From IMG/VR virus record IMGVR_UViG_3300015263_000597, positions 13,688 through 77,687 of that record: a stretch of 64,000 bases of DNA; one strand, given 5' to 3'. How positions within the stretch are numbered: position 1 is the first letter of the stretch; each line of letters begins with the position of its first letter. This document shows, one piece after another, positions 20,129-31,737 of this stretch. Origin of the DNA: a virus. The position numbers were made by a program, and so were the translations under genes. The notes under the pieces were generated by a model. That model saw only the letters and a list, made by a program, of their open reading frames with translations. It searched no databases and had not been told where the DNA came from.

Positions 20129-20827
20129 AGCCTTTTACACCCATTCTTCATGCACCTTAGTTCTTCAGGAACCTTACTTGCGCTCATCTCTGATTCCTCA
20201 ATATAGAACGAAACACTTCCCCCGCCTGGTAACGTCCTATGTATACCGCACTTTGTACGTGATCCATCATTGTCCCAGAAATGCCACCGACGCCCACAGC
20301 TACGACTAGCTGTCCAGCTAGAATCCACTCTGTACACCTTACGCATTTGCGTCTGTTACACCCGTGCAACGTCTGTTAGCCGCTATTGCAAGAAGCTCAT
20401 AAAGGCCCGCAAGCCTGCCAAGGACAAATTCGGGAGAATTCTCTCCAGATGTACTCATGGTCTTTGCTAGCATAACTGTATAGGCCCTTCTTATTTCTAT
20501 TTTTGCCTTGTACAAGTATTCCCGATCTCCTGACATGAGGGCGTCTGCTATATCGGAAGACACGAGTTCTAGTGGTCCTTCTGTCTCCTTTGTCAAGTTT
20601 TCATCACAGTGTCCGACTGTCTCCAGTAAGCTGCCCAGTGGGTCTAGTGCTTCTTTCATGGTGTCTCTCCTTCCTCTAGCTCCAGTTTCCACGCTGCAAA
20701 GTGGGCAATAAGCGCTTCTAACTCACTTACCAAGTACTCCCCTTGACCACTTTCTAGCGATAGTTCAAGGTCACCTAGCAGATCAATGGCTCTGTCGTAC
20801 TTCGCCTGATCGTCCCTGTACACTGCC

Positions 20828-21178
20828 TTACTCCTTTGCACCTTGCACATCTACCACTGACCAGTGATCTAGTGTTCCGCTGTCAAAATCATCGCCAAAT
20901 ACCCACCCGTCTAGTTGGTTAGTAGTAACATCTAGCTCAACAGTTCCGCAGTCTACGTAGCTGCCAGCTAGGTCGTAGCATCCTACTTGACGTACACACT
21001 CCCAACGCATGCTATACACCTTCTTCAATTGACCACTCTGTGTACATGTAACCGCAGTGTATTCTGGGCATAGCTCGGTAAAGCACACGGATACAGTGGC
21101 AGCTGGTATCCATGTAGCCACGAGTTCTATAGCGCCGTAGTTAAGTACTGCGGACAGAGCTATTATTGTTATTGACAT
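20828..21178 (-). CDS. Small Cys-rich exported protein with C-terminal VFGDDFDSGTLDHWS motif
   Basis: Hydrophobic N-terminus; C-terminal motif resembles IFxDGFESGDxSxWS tails. Confidence 0.6.
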   Translation of the reverse strand: MSITIIALSAVLNYGAIELVATWIPAATVSVCFTELCPEYTAVTCTQSGQLKKVYSMRWECVRQVGCYDLAGSYVDCGTVELDVTTNQLDGWVFGDDFDSGTLDHWSVVDVQGAKE

Positions 21179-21353
21179 TATGCAACCTCTCGTCGTACCG
21201 TTCTTCAAGCTCTATCAATAGCCCAAAGGTATCATCGCAGATCTTGGTACCCCAGGGCGTGTTTACTCTGGCGGTAGGATCACCGCAACAGTCACATGGT
21301 CCTGGCTTGCAACGTGCTAAGTACTCTTTCTTATCGTCACGCATGTTATGTGC

Positions 21354-21677
21354 CTACGTTAGCGCTACTACCCTAACCCCTAGCTTACGAGCTAGCCTAG
21401 CACATGACTCACAAGGCTCAATAGGCAACGGGTTACCGGACTTGCCAAAGCGTGCGATATACACGGTACGTACTGACTTAGGCGCACGGCGTAGTACTCG
21501 CACTTCGGCATGAATACCCCCACCGCGCTTAAACAACCTTGGCGCATTGGTGGTAATGTGCATAAGTGTCCCGTTGGCATTCTCGCACGCTGCAACTACG
21601 GTGTGGGTAGTTGCGGTGTGTTTAGTTGCCCGCGACTGCATACGGGTGTAGAGGGTAGAGTGAGTAGCGCGCATCAC
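21354..21677 (-). CDS. Cytidine/deoxycytidylate deaminase-like protein
   Basis: IHAE...EPCESC zinc-binding motifs. Confidence 0.8.
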   Translation of the reverse strand: MMRATHSTLYTRMQSRATKHTATTHTVVAACENANGTLMHITTNAPRLFKRGGGIHAEVRVLRRAPKSVRTVYIARFGKSGNPLPIEPCESCARLARKLGVRVVALT

Positions 21678-24600
21678 TCAACAATACGGCGAAACATTGT
21701 CATAGCATCCATGGCAGCACTCTCTGGAGTACTACCATCAACTTCGCAGTAGATAATTGTCGCAGCCCTCATCAGCGTATCTAGATTCTCATCGCGCCTG
21801 AGCCTCTCTGTATCCATCGTCGACATGTTCAGCTCAGCAATAACGGACTCCGCTACAGCTTTTGCGCTCTTCATGGTCTCCCCGTAGATTACGGCGAATG
21901 ATCCATCTTGCCCGTCTTGCCCATTTTCCCAGATCTTGACGCATTTCATGCTGTGGTCTTCTGACTTGATGTAGTAGCTCATTAAGATCTCCTTTGTGCC
22001 TCTGATTCGAGTATAGCCACCCGCTGCTGCAACTCTGCTACCCTTCGAGCGAGAACGATAACTGCGCCGTGTAGACCGCTAGTATCGACTGGCTGAATCT
22101 CTTCACCGCTTAGCAACTCTGCAATCTCCTCAAGGGTACAGTTTTCCCATCCTGTTACGCACATCCGTTACTCCTTTACGGTGGAACTCCAGTGTCCCAC
22201 TCGTACGTATCTGGACCATCATTGCCATTGCAGTATTCTGCTACCCACTTGTCATAGTCGACAGCTAAAATGCGTACTATCTGATCCAGCACCCACTGTT
22301 TATGTTGAGCACCGTCGATACCACCGTATCTCTCGATAAGAGATAGTACTTCTGAACATGCGGACTTGTTGATCACGGCCTTTTCCATAGGTGCCTCCAG
22401 TTCACGGGTGTGCATAGCTACAAATGAATCAACTGCCTTTGCTATCCTGCCAGCTATGTGTGTAGACGTCTCACAAGAAAGGATAAGTAACGTCTTTGCT
22501 AGTTCCAGATCATTGCAGCACTCTGGCCACTCTACACCGGTTGCGTGCACGGCGCACATCGTGCCGGACTTCGCAAAGTATTCACAGTTGTGTGTTTCTC
22601 TCAACATGCCCACGGGTTACTATCCTGTTACGACCAGTATACAGTTTCTCCATTCGCTGCTGCACTGTGGAACCCAATAGCAATAGCGTCAGTGACTTCT
22701 ACAATCGTCTTTTGCGACTTACCGCGCTCGCCTAGTAGTGAACACATGTACAGTCTATCGCTACTAAGCAGTGGCCATACCTGACGAAGCTCTTTAACTA
22801 GCTGCCCTGCCTGTTCTGGGCTTGTCTCGCCAGAGCAGTCTGAGTGGCTAAAAAAGTGCTCCATACCTGGCCAATCGCCAAGTGGTCCAAGAACATCGCT
22901 CCAGTGCCACGTATTATCCCCACGTTCCTCTGGCCACTTGCCGTCTAGACAGTGAAGTAAGTCACCCCGATAGAGATCGAATACGATATACGATCCGTGA
23001 TATATGTTACCTAAGTGCAGTCCCACGGGTTACCCTCCTCTCAAGGTTACTCTGCGGTTTCTCTGTTCGCCGCCGCACTATGCTGGAGCTGCCCCGTGCT
23101 CGACATCTGCCATCTTCCTCTTTTCTCCGTCCAATACCAGCGCATGTAGTCGTTCTCTGTCTGCAACAGGTACTCTACTTCCGACACATCCTTGCTGCTG
23201 CACGGAGCAATACTGCCGTTAGACAGGGTGACTACCAGGATATCTGCTGGATGTTCCGACGGATCAATACGGGCCACAGCGACAGGATCAAACGTGGTCG
23301 AATCTATCAGTGTTCCGTCCTTCTTTACGAATTTGATTGTCAGTATCACTGCCATTTCCAATTCTCCCTTTAGTACAGCCCGTGTTCCTCAGCTACTTGC
23401 CGCCAGCATTCCATCATGTCGTGCGCAATGTCTTTGTCAGCATCAGGCACCTTGTACCCACTCCAGCCCTCGGTGCCCTCTATATACTGCACACAGTACT
23501 CACGTTGCGCCAGAGTAAACTCTGCCAGCCCTTGCTCTACGGCACGGACAACTCCTTCTATATTTGAACAAACGCACACTTCCACGTCGAAGTACTTTGT
23601 ACACGGGCAACCATCGTACTTCCACTCTATGTCCTGCGGTACGTAACCGTATGGGAACTGGAAGTCTCCTTTACGGTAGTACCGTAGCGCGTAGCGTTCA
23701 TACATTACAGCCTCTGACACATTGCCTGCCAGCAAGCTCCCGTTTGCTAGCTCCAAACAGGTCTTGTATGAGCTAAAAGGCCAATTAAGCGGGCTGTGAC
23801 TGGTCCTCATTGCTTGATATCCTCTGTGCCTGTTAGAGACTGTACTGGTGTTGGTTTATTCACGGAACTAATGTCCTTTCAGTTCATATAGCTTAGCCCG
23901 ACACTCCTCTATGCTCTTCTGTATAGAGAACTTTTGTGACGGATCTGATACAATTGCTGCCTGCTCCATAAGAAACGCAAGCTTTCTTTCCCATTGGGTA
24001 ATAGCTGCGTTGTACGGATCTCTAGTGCCGGTTCGTGTACTCGTGTTTAACACACTGCCTACTGGCTGTCGCTGAACACTATACCCGCCAGTGTCAATCC
24101 ACGTCTCAGCCTCTGCTCGCTGAACTGCCGTTGCACTGGTAAGCAAAGCGGCACACCTGTCCCAGAACCGCGACCCTGTGGGCATCTTGCCTATAGCCAG
24201 AATCTCCTCAATACGGTCTGCCTGATCATCTATTGTAGCGCCCATGCGACCAGCGGCTACGAGAATGCGGATATCTACTAGCAAGTCACGTGGCACAGCA
24301 CTGTAGTCCAACCCTAGGTCTACGTTAACGCCATCAAGCAAGATACTGCCATCCGCCGGACAATGAGTACGCTTTGCCCACACCTCGACTGGAGTCTTAC
24401 CCCGTCCTGGTGGTAGCTGTTGCCCACCATGAGTAAGGTACGCACGTGCAGCGGACAGCGAAATGTTCTTATTGAACCCCTTACTCGCTGGCATGATTAC
24501 GCGTGCGTTAGCCAGCGGGCCTTGGATTACCAGCGACTGTGCGTCCTTATCGCCGTCTAGTGCGGCCTGTAACTGCATCTCGGGGGTTTCTTCACGCCAC

Positions 24601-25268
24601 GTGGCAGGCTTGCTACTCATTTATCGCTCTCCTTGTTCTCTAGTTCTATGCTTCGCGCACGGGCCGTAAACTCGTCTGCGAGGTCATACCAGCCATGCGC
24701 CTTCATGTACGCAGCCTGCTCGCGACACATGTCTGCAAGACCTTGCAAGTCGAGGGGTGCTTGCTCCCCTACTCTGGGGACCCATCGTACCGCCATACCC
24801 ATGCCCTCTCTAGTAGTACTCCGTGCACAACTTCGCCTTATGCCTATCCTGCCTCTTGAGATACCGACGCGCCTGACGCTTGCTAACCTTCTTGCGAAAG
24901 TAGTCCTTACCGCCAATAGCGGTCTTGCGCCCTTCGGACTGAATATCCGCAACGTCGGGATATTCCTCGAGCTTGATGTACTGATACGGCCTCATGTCCC
25001 TTCCTTTCAGTCAGCGCTGCTACTATCCAAAGGTTAGCGCGGCTTTCCCGATACGCTCGAAGTCCCCCGTTATTGCCCGATTGTAGGCGAGCGCGACGTC
25101 ATTCTCTGCGTTTGATTGCGGCATCGCCAGGTAAGCCTTTACCCCCCACGGTCTGACTTCATCAACGGTTAGAAAGCAGCCTCTCCATGGATGGTCTGCT
25201 TTAGTTATTTGGATAACATCGCCTTCCCCTAGTGGGGTATCGTGCTTGTTTTCCGTCATGGCCGCCAT
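21674..25268 (-). other. Leftward array of hypothetical CDSs (25023-25268, 24810-24995, 23868-24620, 23370-23810, 23047-23361, 22628-23026, 22176-22613, 21982-22164, 21674-21982)
   Basis: Head-to-tail ORFs with GGAG RBSs. Confidence 0.7.
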
Positions 25269-25330
25269 GGGATCTCCTTAGTATTAGCGTCCTACCCGCC
25301 TTCAGTGCCCCGCTGCACTCAACTGTCTAC

Positions 25331-25359
25331 ACCGTACACGGCCCGATCCGCCCTGTCAA
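25331..25359 (-). promoter_or_regulatory. sigma70 promoter (leftward)
   Basis: Minus strand TTGACA-N17-TACGGT with TTTTGAAAAA UP-like tract. Confidence 0.7.
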
Positions 25360-25899
25360 GAAGTTTTTCAAAATCGCCCTCAGATCCCTTCTTCATGACC
25401 TTGTCAACTGGCAAATCGGCTAGGCGAATTTAAGACCCTTTTGTCCCAATTACTCGCCTATACACATCTGAGCGTCCAAATCAAGCCAGACCTTTTACTG
25501 AAAAGCATCGTGTATACAGCAAACCATACGCGTATGCGTAAGGCATACCCTCTCCCAGGGCCCTAGGCCCGTAATATCTCAGTACGTCAGTACGGTGCAT
25601 TATAGAAATAAGAAAAGAGCTAGAAGGAGACTTGTGGATATACATGTCAACAATAGGGCACATGGGCGGCCTGTAGAGCCCATGCAACTAGTGCCCTCAG
25701 GCCAGGTGCGTAAAACGCCCGTATTTGCCCTCAGATCGACGAACGGCACCTACCAGCTGGGTAGGTAGCCGGGACCTTGAGTTCGTTCAACACAGGGCAA
25801 CCTCGCAAGCGAGAGAGGGTGTCTAGGGTGCCACCGTGACCCCTAGCAGGTGGGTAGCTGGCAGCTAGGGGGTCCTGGTGAAGTTTTTTGAAAAAGTAC

Positions 25900-25928
25900 T
25901 TGACAACGCCCCCGTGCTGCCGTACTGT
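25900..25928 (+). promoter_or_regulatory. sigma70 promoter (rightward)
   Basis: TTGACA-N17-TACTGT with TTTTTTGAAAAA UP-like tract. Confidence 0.8.
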
Positions 25929-25932
25929 CTAC

Positions 25933-26130
25933 CCGTGAGCGGCGGTCATCAGCTGCTATCGGCTCCTGATAACGTCCCTCACGGCGTGAACGTCTGGCTC
26001 CATGTCCTTGCAGGTGGAGCACGCCGTTCACACAGTGCCTACCAGTAGCAATCCTGCGAACGTAGGCGCAGGGACAGACCAGTTTCCACGGCACCCCCCA
26101 GTTCCCCTAGCTGGTCTGTCCCTGTTTCTT
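25933..26130 (+). ncRNA. Candidate four-hairpin small RNA / leader
   Basis: Starts just after the -10; four abutting stems, the last of 13 bp with a C-rich loop and a U-rich tail. Confidence 0.65.
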
Positions 26131-26452
26131 GACTGACTTGCGTGAAAGGAAGTACTCGTGGGTTACAAAGGCGGCAGCAATGGATGACACTGAAGGCAAC
26201 TGTCCTGCTTGCGGCAAGGCCCTTGTCGATTGTATTAACTGTGGTATTGTCGACGAGTCTGTTTTGAATAAACACGTAGATACCATGTACGGAATACAGA
26301 CGCAACATTCTGGACCCACTGACAAATGGGTAGGCTATGGCTGTCAGTACAGTGAGGCTGAATTTGCACAGGCGGCGGCAGAGAGACTTAGCGCTGGCTA
26401 CTATGCTGTACGTGTTGTAAAGTACGAGATATACGTAGTGGACTAATCCACC

Positions 26453-26785
26453 ATGCACCTAGGCACCACAATATCCACCCTACGCCGTCTAGCCGGTCTT
26501 AATCAAACTGAGCTAGCGAGACGATGCACGTACACCTACCCGAACGGTTATAGGTCATATTCGTTCAGTCACATCAGTCTAGTAGAAGCCGGCAAGCGGA
26601 AAGTCACTACCAAGTTTCTTACCGCACTAGAGAGTGGACTACGCTTACAACCTGGTGATGTTACCTTTGCACATGAGTATATCAGTGGCACAGTGCACGA
26701 TACTAACCGTTGGGACGCTATACGCAACAAACTAACGGCACAGATAAGCGACTTGGCCGGAGTACCACGGGTTGCTAGGAGCTAG
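26453..26785 (+). CDS. XRE-family HTH regulator
   Basis: LGTTISTLRRLAGLNQTELARR...SHISLVEAGKRK...L.ALE.GL. Confidence 0.85.
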   Translation: MHLGTTISTLRRLAGLNQTELARRCTYTYPNGYRSYSFSHISLVEAGKRKVTTKFLTALESGLRLQPGDVTFAHEYISGTVHDTNRWDAIRNKLTAQISDLAGVPRVARS

Positions 26786-27878
26786 CACAATGACCAATAA
26801 AGACGAACTATCCGACCTTGCCTTTCTGTCCACAGACCCTGACGAGGGCATAGGCGTCTACATAGACCAATCCATTGCCGACGAGGACTTTGAGGGCGTT
26901 ATACCTTGGGACATTTCAATCGGAGACCTAACAGGCATGCCGTCCGAAATGGCTAGCCGATACGTCCCTCTCGTTGAAGACTTGTTGAAAAGGCTAAAAG
27001 ACATAGCAGCTCGCGGGGAGTAAACTAACGGCACAGATAAGCGACTTTGTCTAGAGTGCCGCATACACTCGTCAGCCGGAGAGTGAAGCATGACCCATAC
27101 AAACCTTCCAACACCGCCATCTGATTCACTCGGGGAGTAGCTCATCGGGCACATTGACAGATACCTAATCACAGATTCAAAGGAATTGACACAATGACCA
27201 ACAAAGACATCTGTCCTGAACTCTGGGCCATCGTGGATAGTCGCGGCCGTATCGTCAAATCTCGCGGTGGCTCAAGTACAGCTCGCCGCCTCATGGTATA
27301 TCCGTCCTCCCGTCTTGCACAACTTGCGCTCAAAAATAGCTGGACACAGCAATACTACGGAGGTCGGGAACTGTACGTAAAACTGGTTTACAGGGCAGAG
27401 GAGACAAATAACGAGTAGATTGGGATAAAAAGACCGATACGAACTAGTTGACCTCACCTTTCTGTCCACAGACCATGACTAGGAAACCACCACGGCAATG
27501 CGTACCAAATACTACGACGCTTACTTCCGCTGGCGTCCACATCTAACCACCCGCCAGCTGCGCAGTCTCCGCAGTACCCTTCGGCACACAGTGCTAGAGA
27601 TAGAACGTGTCGGCGTAGACGGGCTGGAAGGGCAGATCCGTTGGCCTGAAGACGAGGACGATGTCACCAACGTGCTAGCTGCTGTAGAGCATGTAGTCAA
27701 GAAGGGCCTCATAGGCGCCATTGTGCCGCGTGGGTACGGAGACGACGGGCACGACGATACCATGTGTGACTGCGCTATACTCACACAACGTAACGACGTG
27801 AACACGATGGCATGTGTGACAGTGCGTGCGTATACATCAATGCCGCCGCTGGCGGTAATAGACACAGAGGACTAAGCA

Positions 27879-28139
27879 ATGACTGACTTCTTCGGCGTTC
27901 CCATAATTGTAGTACCAGAGCCAGTATCTTGCCAAGTTCGGTTCCCACGATCCAAAAAACGGCGTATACGGAAAAAGTGGGCGCGGAACGAAGACAACTG
28001 AAGAGCTACGGCACTCCTTGACATAGGTGACATAATGCAAACACCGCACGGGCCGTACATGCGCGCTGCCACTGCGAACAGATTAGCACAGGAAATGAGG
28101 TCTCAGGGTACTTCCGGCCAAAGCATTACAAGATGGTAA
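27879..28139 (+). pseudogene. Small phage gene interrupted by an in-frame TGA (27999-28001)
   Basis: GAGG RBS; ...QVRFPRSKKRRIRKKWARNEDN*RATALL... frame stays open to TAA at 28139. Confidence 0.55.
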
Positions 28140-28221
28140 GTGGTGCCTGATTCGAGACACTAGTGTCATGGGACGTCACTGGTGTTAATAGACACAGGGC
28201 AGAAATCGCAGATGAAGAAGA

Positions 28222-29823
28222 GTGCGTATAATGGACATACCTACCACAGCTCTAATCCCCCACGATCTAGTCACCCAAGTCTGCGCTGATCGCAATACGG
28301 CACTGACTGCATTTGACACATACTTCACTACAGTAGGCGCTGCCCGTAGCGCACTACACACCGCACTTAAACACTACGCCCGCGCCACTGGCGGTTCTGC
28401 CCGCTGGCCTGACACATCAGGCGAATCACAGGAGTTCTTTGACCTGATCAAGCAACCCGACCTGTCAGCTATTGAGCACACCACCCAACGCATCGTAGAC
28501 ACTGGCATTTGGCAATACCTCGTTTCTACTAGCGGCCTAGCTACCATGATGGACGCGACCGCAAAGGCTGAACTAGACGCACAACTGTCCTACGTACCAC
28601 CTAACGCCGCGCACTCCCGTAATCAATCCTCACTAGCTACCAGTGAGCAACTCTCACCAACTACCCTTCCGCCCATCACCGTAGAGAACATCGAAGCTAC
28701 TCTAGAAGCCTTTCGCGCCCAAGCGCCTTCAATAGTAGCCCGCGGTATAGCCGAAGCATTCAGCGCCCTCGACAATCGGTTCAAAACCCACAACGGGTTC
28801 AAAGTCGGCTACTGCGGCCCGTCGTCAAAAACCGCAGGGCGTATCATACTCAACTACGCGGTGGGCGACACTACATGGTGTAGTACAGACTGGCACGATG
28901 AGTACAAACCAACATCAGCGTACAATCGCCTACTTGACGTAGAACGCTGTTTCCGTGCCCTCGACGGAAAGTCAGTAGCCGGCAACTGGCTAGAGGACAG
29001 TGCGGTAAAGACCGTAATGCGGGAACGAAAGGCCAATAAACCCACTGATATAATGTCTCGTCGTACACGCACATGGCCATCTACACATGACACCGAGTAC
29101 TTCATTATACGTATCTTCGCTAAAGGCACCTGTCACGTATGGTTCAAACGCGCCGACCTGGTCCGGCGTGTCAATGACATCCTTGCCAAGTACTACGGAG
29201 CTACACTAGGTTGGGGTGTGTATGGCGAGAAAAGTACAGAAGACCCGTTACGCGATGCCGAACATAGACCACTGGCGCCGCGTCTAGGCGAGTACTTCAC
29301 ACCGGCTACCGTTGTGGACTTTGTACGCGCACGTACTCATTACGAGCGGCTAACTAAAGAATCGCTGTGCTTAGAGCCGTCCGCAGGCAGTGGGAACTTA
29401 GCGTCTGTACTAACAGACCTAGGGCTCAGAACCGACTGCGTGGAAATACAGCCCGCCTTAGCCCGCGTGCTGCAAAACTCCGGCATGTATAACCACGTCT
29501 ACTTCGAAAACTTCCTTCATCTCCCAGTGCAGCCGAAGTACTCAGGCGTACTTATGAACCCGCCATTTAACTATGAAGGTGGTATAGACCACGCTAACCG
29601 CGCGTTACAATTCCTAGACACCAGCAGTCCATTCGAGTTCGCCGCTATCCTAGGCGCCAGTGCACGCTATAGCGCCACTAGCAAAGCTACTGCTTTCCGT
29701 GCTAAGATCGACAGGCTAGCTAGCGAATGGGACGCCATGGTAACTTGGTACGATCTGCCCCCAAGATCCTTCGTGCCTGCTGGTACCAATGTAAACACCG
29801 TACTACTAACCATAAGGAAGTAA
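28222..29823 (+). CDS. DUF4942-like domain fused to an amino (N6-A/N4-C) DNA methyltransferase
   Basis: N-terminal part ITVENIEATL...F..L...FKTHNGFKVG...RII...YF.IR.F.KGT.H.WFKR.DLV..VN; C-terminal part EYFTP, LEPSAGSG, MNPPF, F..AGTNV.T. Confidence 0.85.
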   Translation: MRIMDIPTTALIPHDLVTQVCADRNTALTAFDTYFTTVGAARSALHTALKHYARATGGSARWPDTSGESQEFFDLIKQPDLSAIEHTTQRIVDTGIWQYLVSTSGLATMMDATAKAELDAQLSYVPPNAAHSRNQSSLATSEQLSPTTLPPITVENIEATLEAFRAQAPSIVARGIAEAFSALDNRFKTHNGFKVGYCGPSSKTAGRIILNYAVGDTTWCSTDWHDEYKPTSAYNRLLDVERCFRALDGKSVAGNWLEDSAVKTVMRERKANKPTDIMSRRTRTWPSTHDTEYFIIRIFAKGTCHVWFKRADLVRRVNDILAKYYGATLGWGVYGEKSTEDPLRDAEHRPLAPRLGEYFTPATVVDFVRARTHYERLTKESLCLEPSAGSGNLASVLTDLGLRTDCVEIQPALARVLQNSGMYNHVYFENFLHLPVQPKYSGVLMNPPFNYEGGIDHANRALQFLDTSSPFEFAAILGASARYSATSKATAFRAKIDRLASEWDAMVTWYDLPPRSFVPAGTNVNTVLLTIRK

Positions 29824-31092
29824 CACATGTTCAAATGGACCACTGAACCGCTTAGAACCTACAGCAAGTTCAAGCGAATACTGCACATATACAATGGACG
29901 GGAGGTACACTATCCTATATGGCGTAAGGCTTGGCTGGCTGCGACAGAAGCTGCACTACTTACAGATGAGATGCTAGATACCCGGGAGTACATAGAGTCC
30001 TGCCAAGAAGAACTCTATGTAGCCTTTGTAGACTAGGTGTAAGATAAGAGACTAAGTAATGAGATACCGTCAAGCTAAAAAGATCTTCTGTACATCTGCG
30101 TTTAGTAGCTCACTACCGTGCTGGAAGAAGTACCGTGGACGTAACACATTTGCACGCAAAATAACTCGTATACAAAGACGTGTCATGAAGCGGTTTATAC
30201 GCCAAATAGAGCAGCTAGAGGAGCGATTTGCGGAAGCTACACAAGCTGTCAAAGAGCTATCCAGTACCATGAACTCCCTGTCCCGCAGCACTGTATTACA
30301 CCACTAACACACCGGGAACCCGCGATGAAACTCTACCCCAAGGAACTTACCCTCCTACGCGTCATTGACCACGAGCACATCAGTGCTACGTCGGACAGCA
30401 TCGCCTTTGCGCCGTCCTGCACTCAAGCGCACATAGACCGCGCGGATGCCGAACTGCCCACTCTATCCGGCGAACTGTTCCGTGAGGAAGTATTCGGTAT
30501 CAACGCTCGAAACAAGCTACAACACGAATGGAGTAAACTAGGCCGCAGGACGAATACTGCCCGTATAGCTCACCTACAGGAACTTATCCTACTCAACGGT
30601 GGTACATGCAACACGTATCGAACCGTCCAGGAAGCCGAAGCGCACTTGACTGAGCGGTACCGACTTAGCATACGCTGTACCATGGGCGGTGGCGACTTCC
30701 TTAGTTATGTGGCCCGTACAGTAGAAGCGGACTGGAGTAATCTAGATCCCGACTGCCTTGACGAACTGACGTACTATAACGAAACTGACTTAATCTGCTA
30801 CAAACGCGCTGTGTGTCTCCGTCTCCGTGAGCTTGCCAGACTACCGGTACTAAACGATGAAAGAGATGATCTGCCATGAGCAACACTGTCCTTTGCCATC
30901 ACACAAGTGACGAAACGTGTGACTTCTGCATCCCATGGAACGAGCGTCCGGAACTCCTAGAGCGCGTAACGAATGTTAATGACAAAGTAGAAGTGCAGCC
31001 GGTATACATGACACGAGCGGAGCTGGCCGCACTGCCGGAGTCATACCACTGTATTACACTACTAACACACTGATAGCCGTCAAATAGTTACT

Positions 31093-31737
31093 ATGTCAAC
31101 TTTCATCCTAGATCGCGCTACGATGGATAACCCTCAAGGGCGCGTACCGATACTTGAAACCATGTACCACCGTGGTCCATCTGACGGTGGTTGGGATTTC
31201 GACACGTTGCGCGCGGACTACGAGTCTTACCGTACACGCGTCACGCCATTACCCAAAAAGGTAGCGTTGGCTAGGGCGTTACGTATCAACAAGCGCCAAG
31301 TCGAAACCGCTCTTAGCTTTCACTTTAAGGGCATAGACATCAAAGGCACCCCGTTGTCGGCTAATAGGATAGAGTTTTATGACCGCATAGCGGCAGTTAT
31401 AGATGATGTGGATAATGGCGAAAAGTTACTTGAACATTGGGACGGGTTGGGGCATAAGCTAGCTAATCAGAACGCGTTTAAGTATGCAGCGCTGGTGCAT
31501 CCCGATTTCATTGAACCGATGAAAAGTGAGCGCGAGCGTACTGTGGTAATGAAGGGCATAGAGCAAGGGCTGATACGTGCGCAGCAGATGTTGAGTGGGG
31601 TAGCGGATGCTACGGCATTGGACACGGCGGTAGCGGTGACAAGGGCAGTAAATGCTGGCAATACGCCAGAGGCTAGGGAGATCCTTGTGGCATTTGTGGC
31701 AGAAACGTTCCAGGCGGCATTGGTAGATAGATCCTAG
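31093..31737 (+). CDS. Hypothetical protein, possible terminase small subunit
   Basis: 214-aa helical protein upstream of TerL with an HTH-like segment; assignment is positional. Confidence 0.35.
   Translation: MSTFILDRATMDNPQGRVPILETMYHRGPSDGGWDFDTLRADYESYRTRVTPLPKKVALARALRINKRQVETALSFHFKGIDIKGTPLSANRIEFYDRIAAVIDDVDNGEKLLEHWDGLGHKLANQNAFKYAALVHPDFIEPMKSERERTVVMKGIEQGLIRAQQMLSGVADATALDTAVAVTRAVNAGNTPEAREILVAFVAETFQAALVDRS

Noticed and set aside
25946-25952. Minus-strand CTGATGA
   Set aside because: No matching GAAAC; it is part of a plus-strand hairpin
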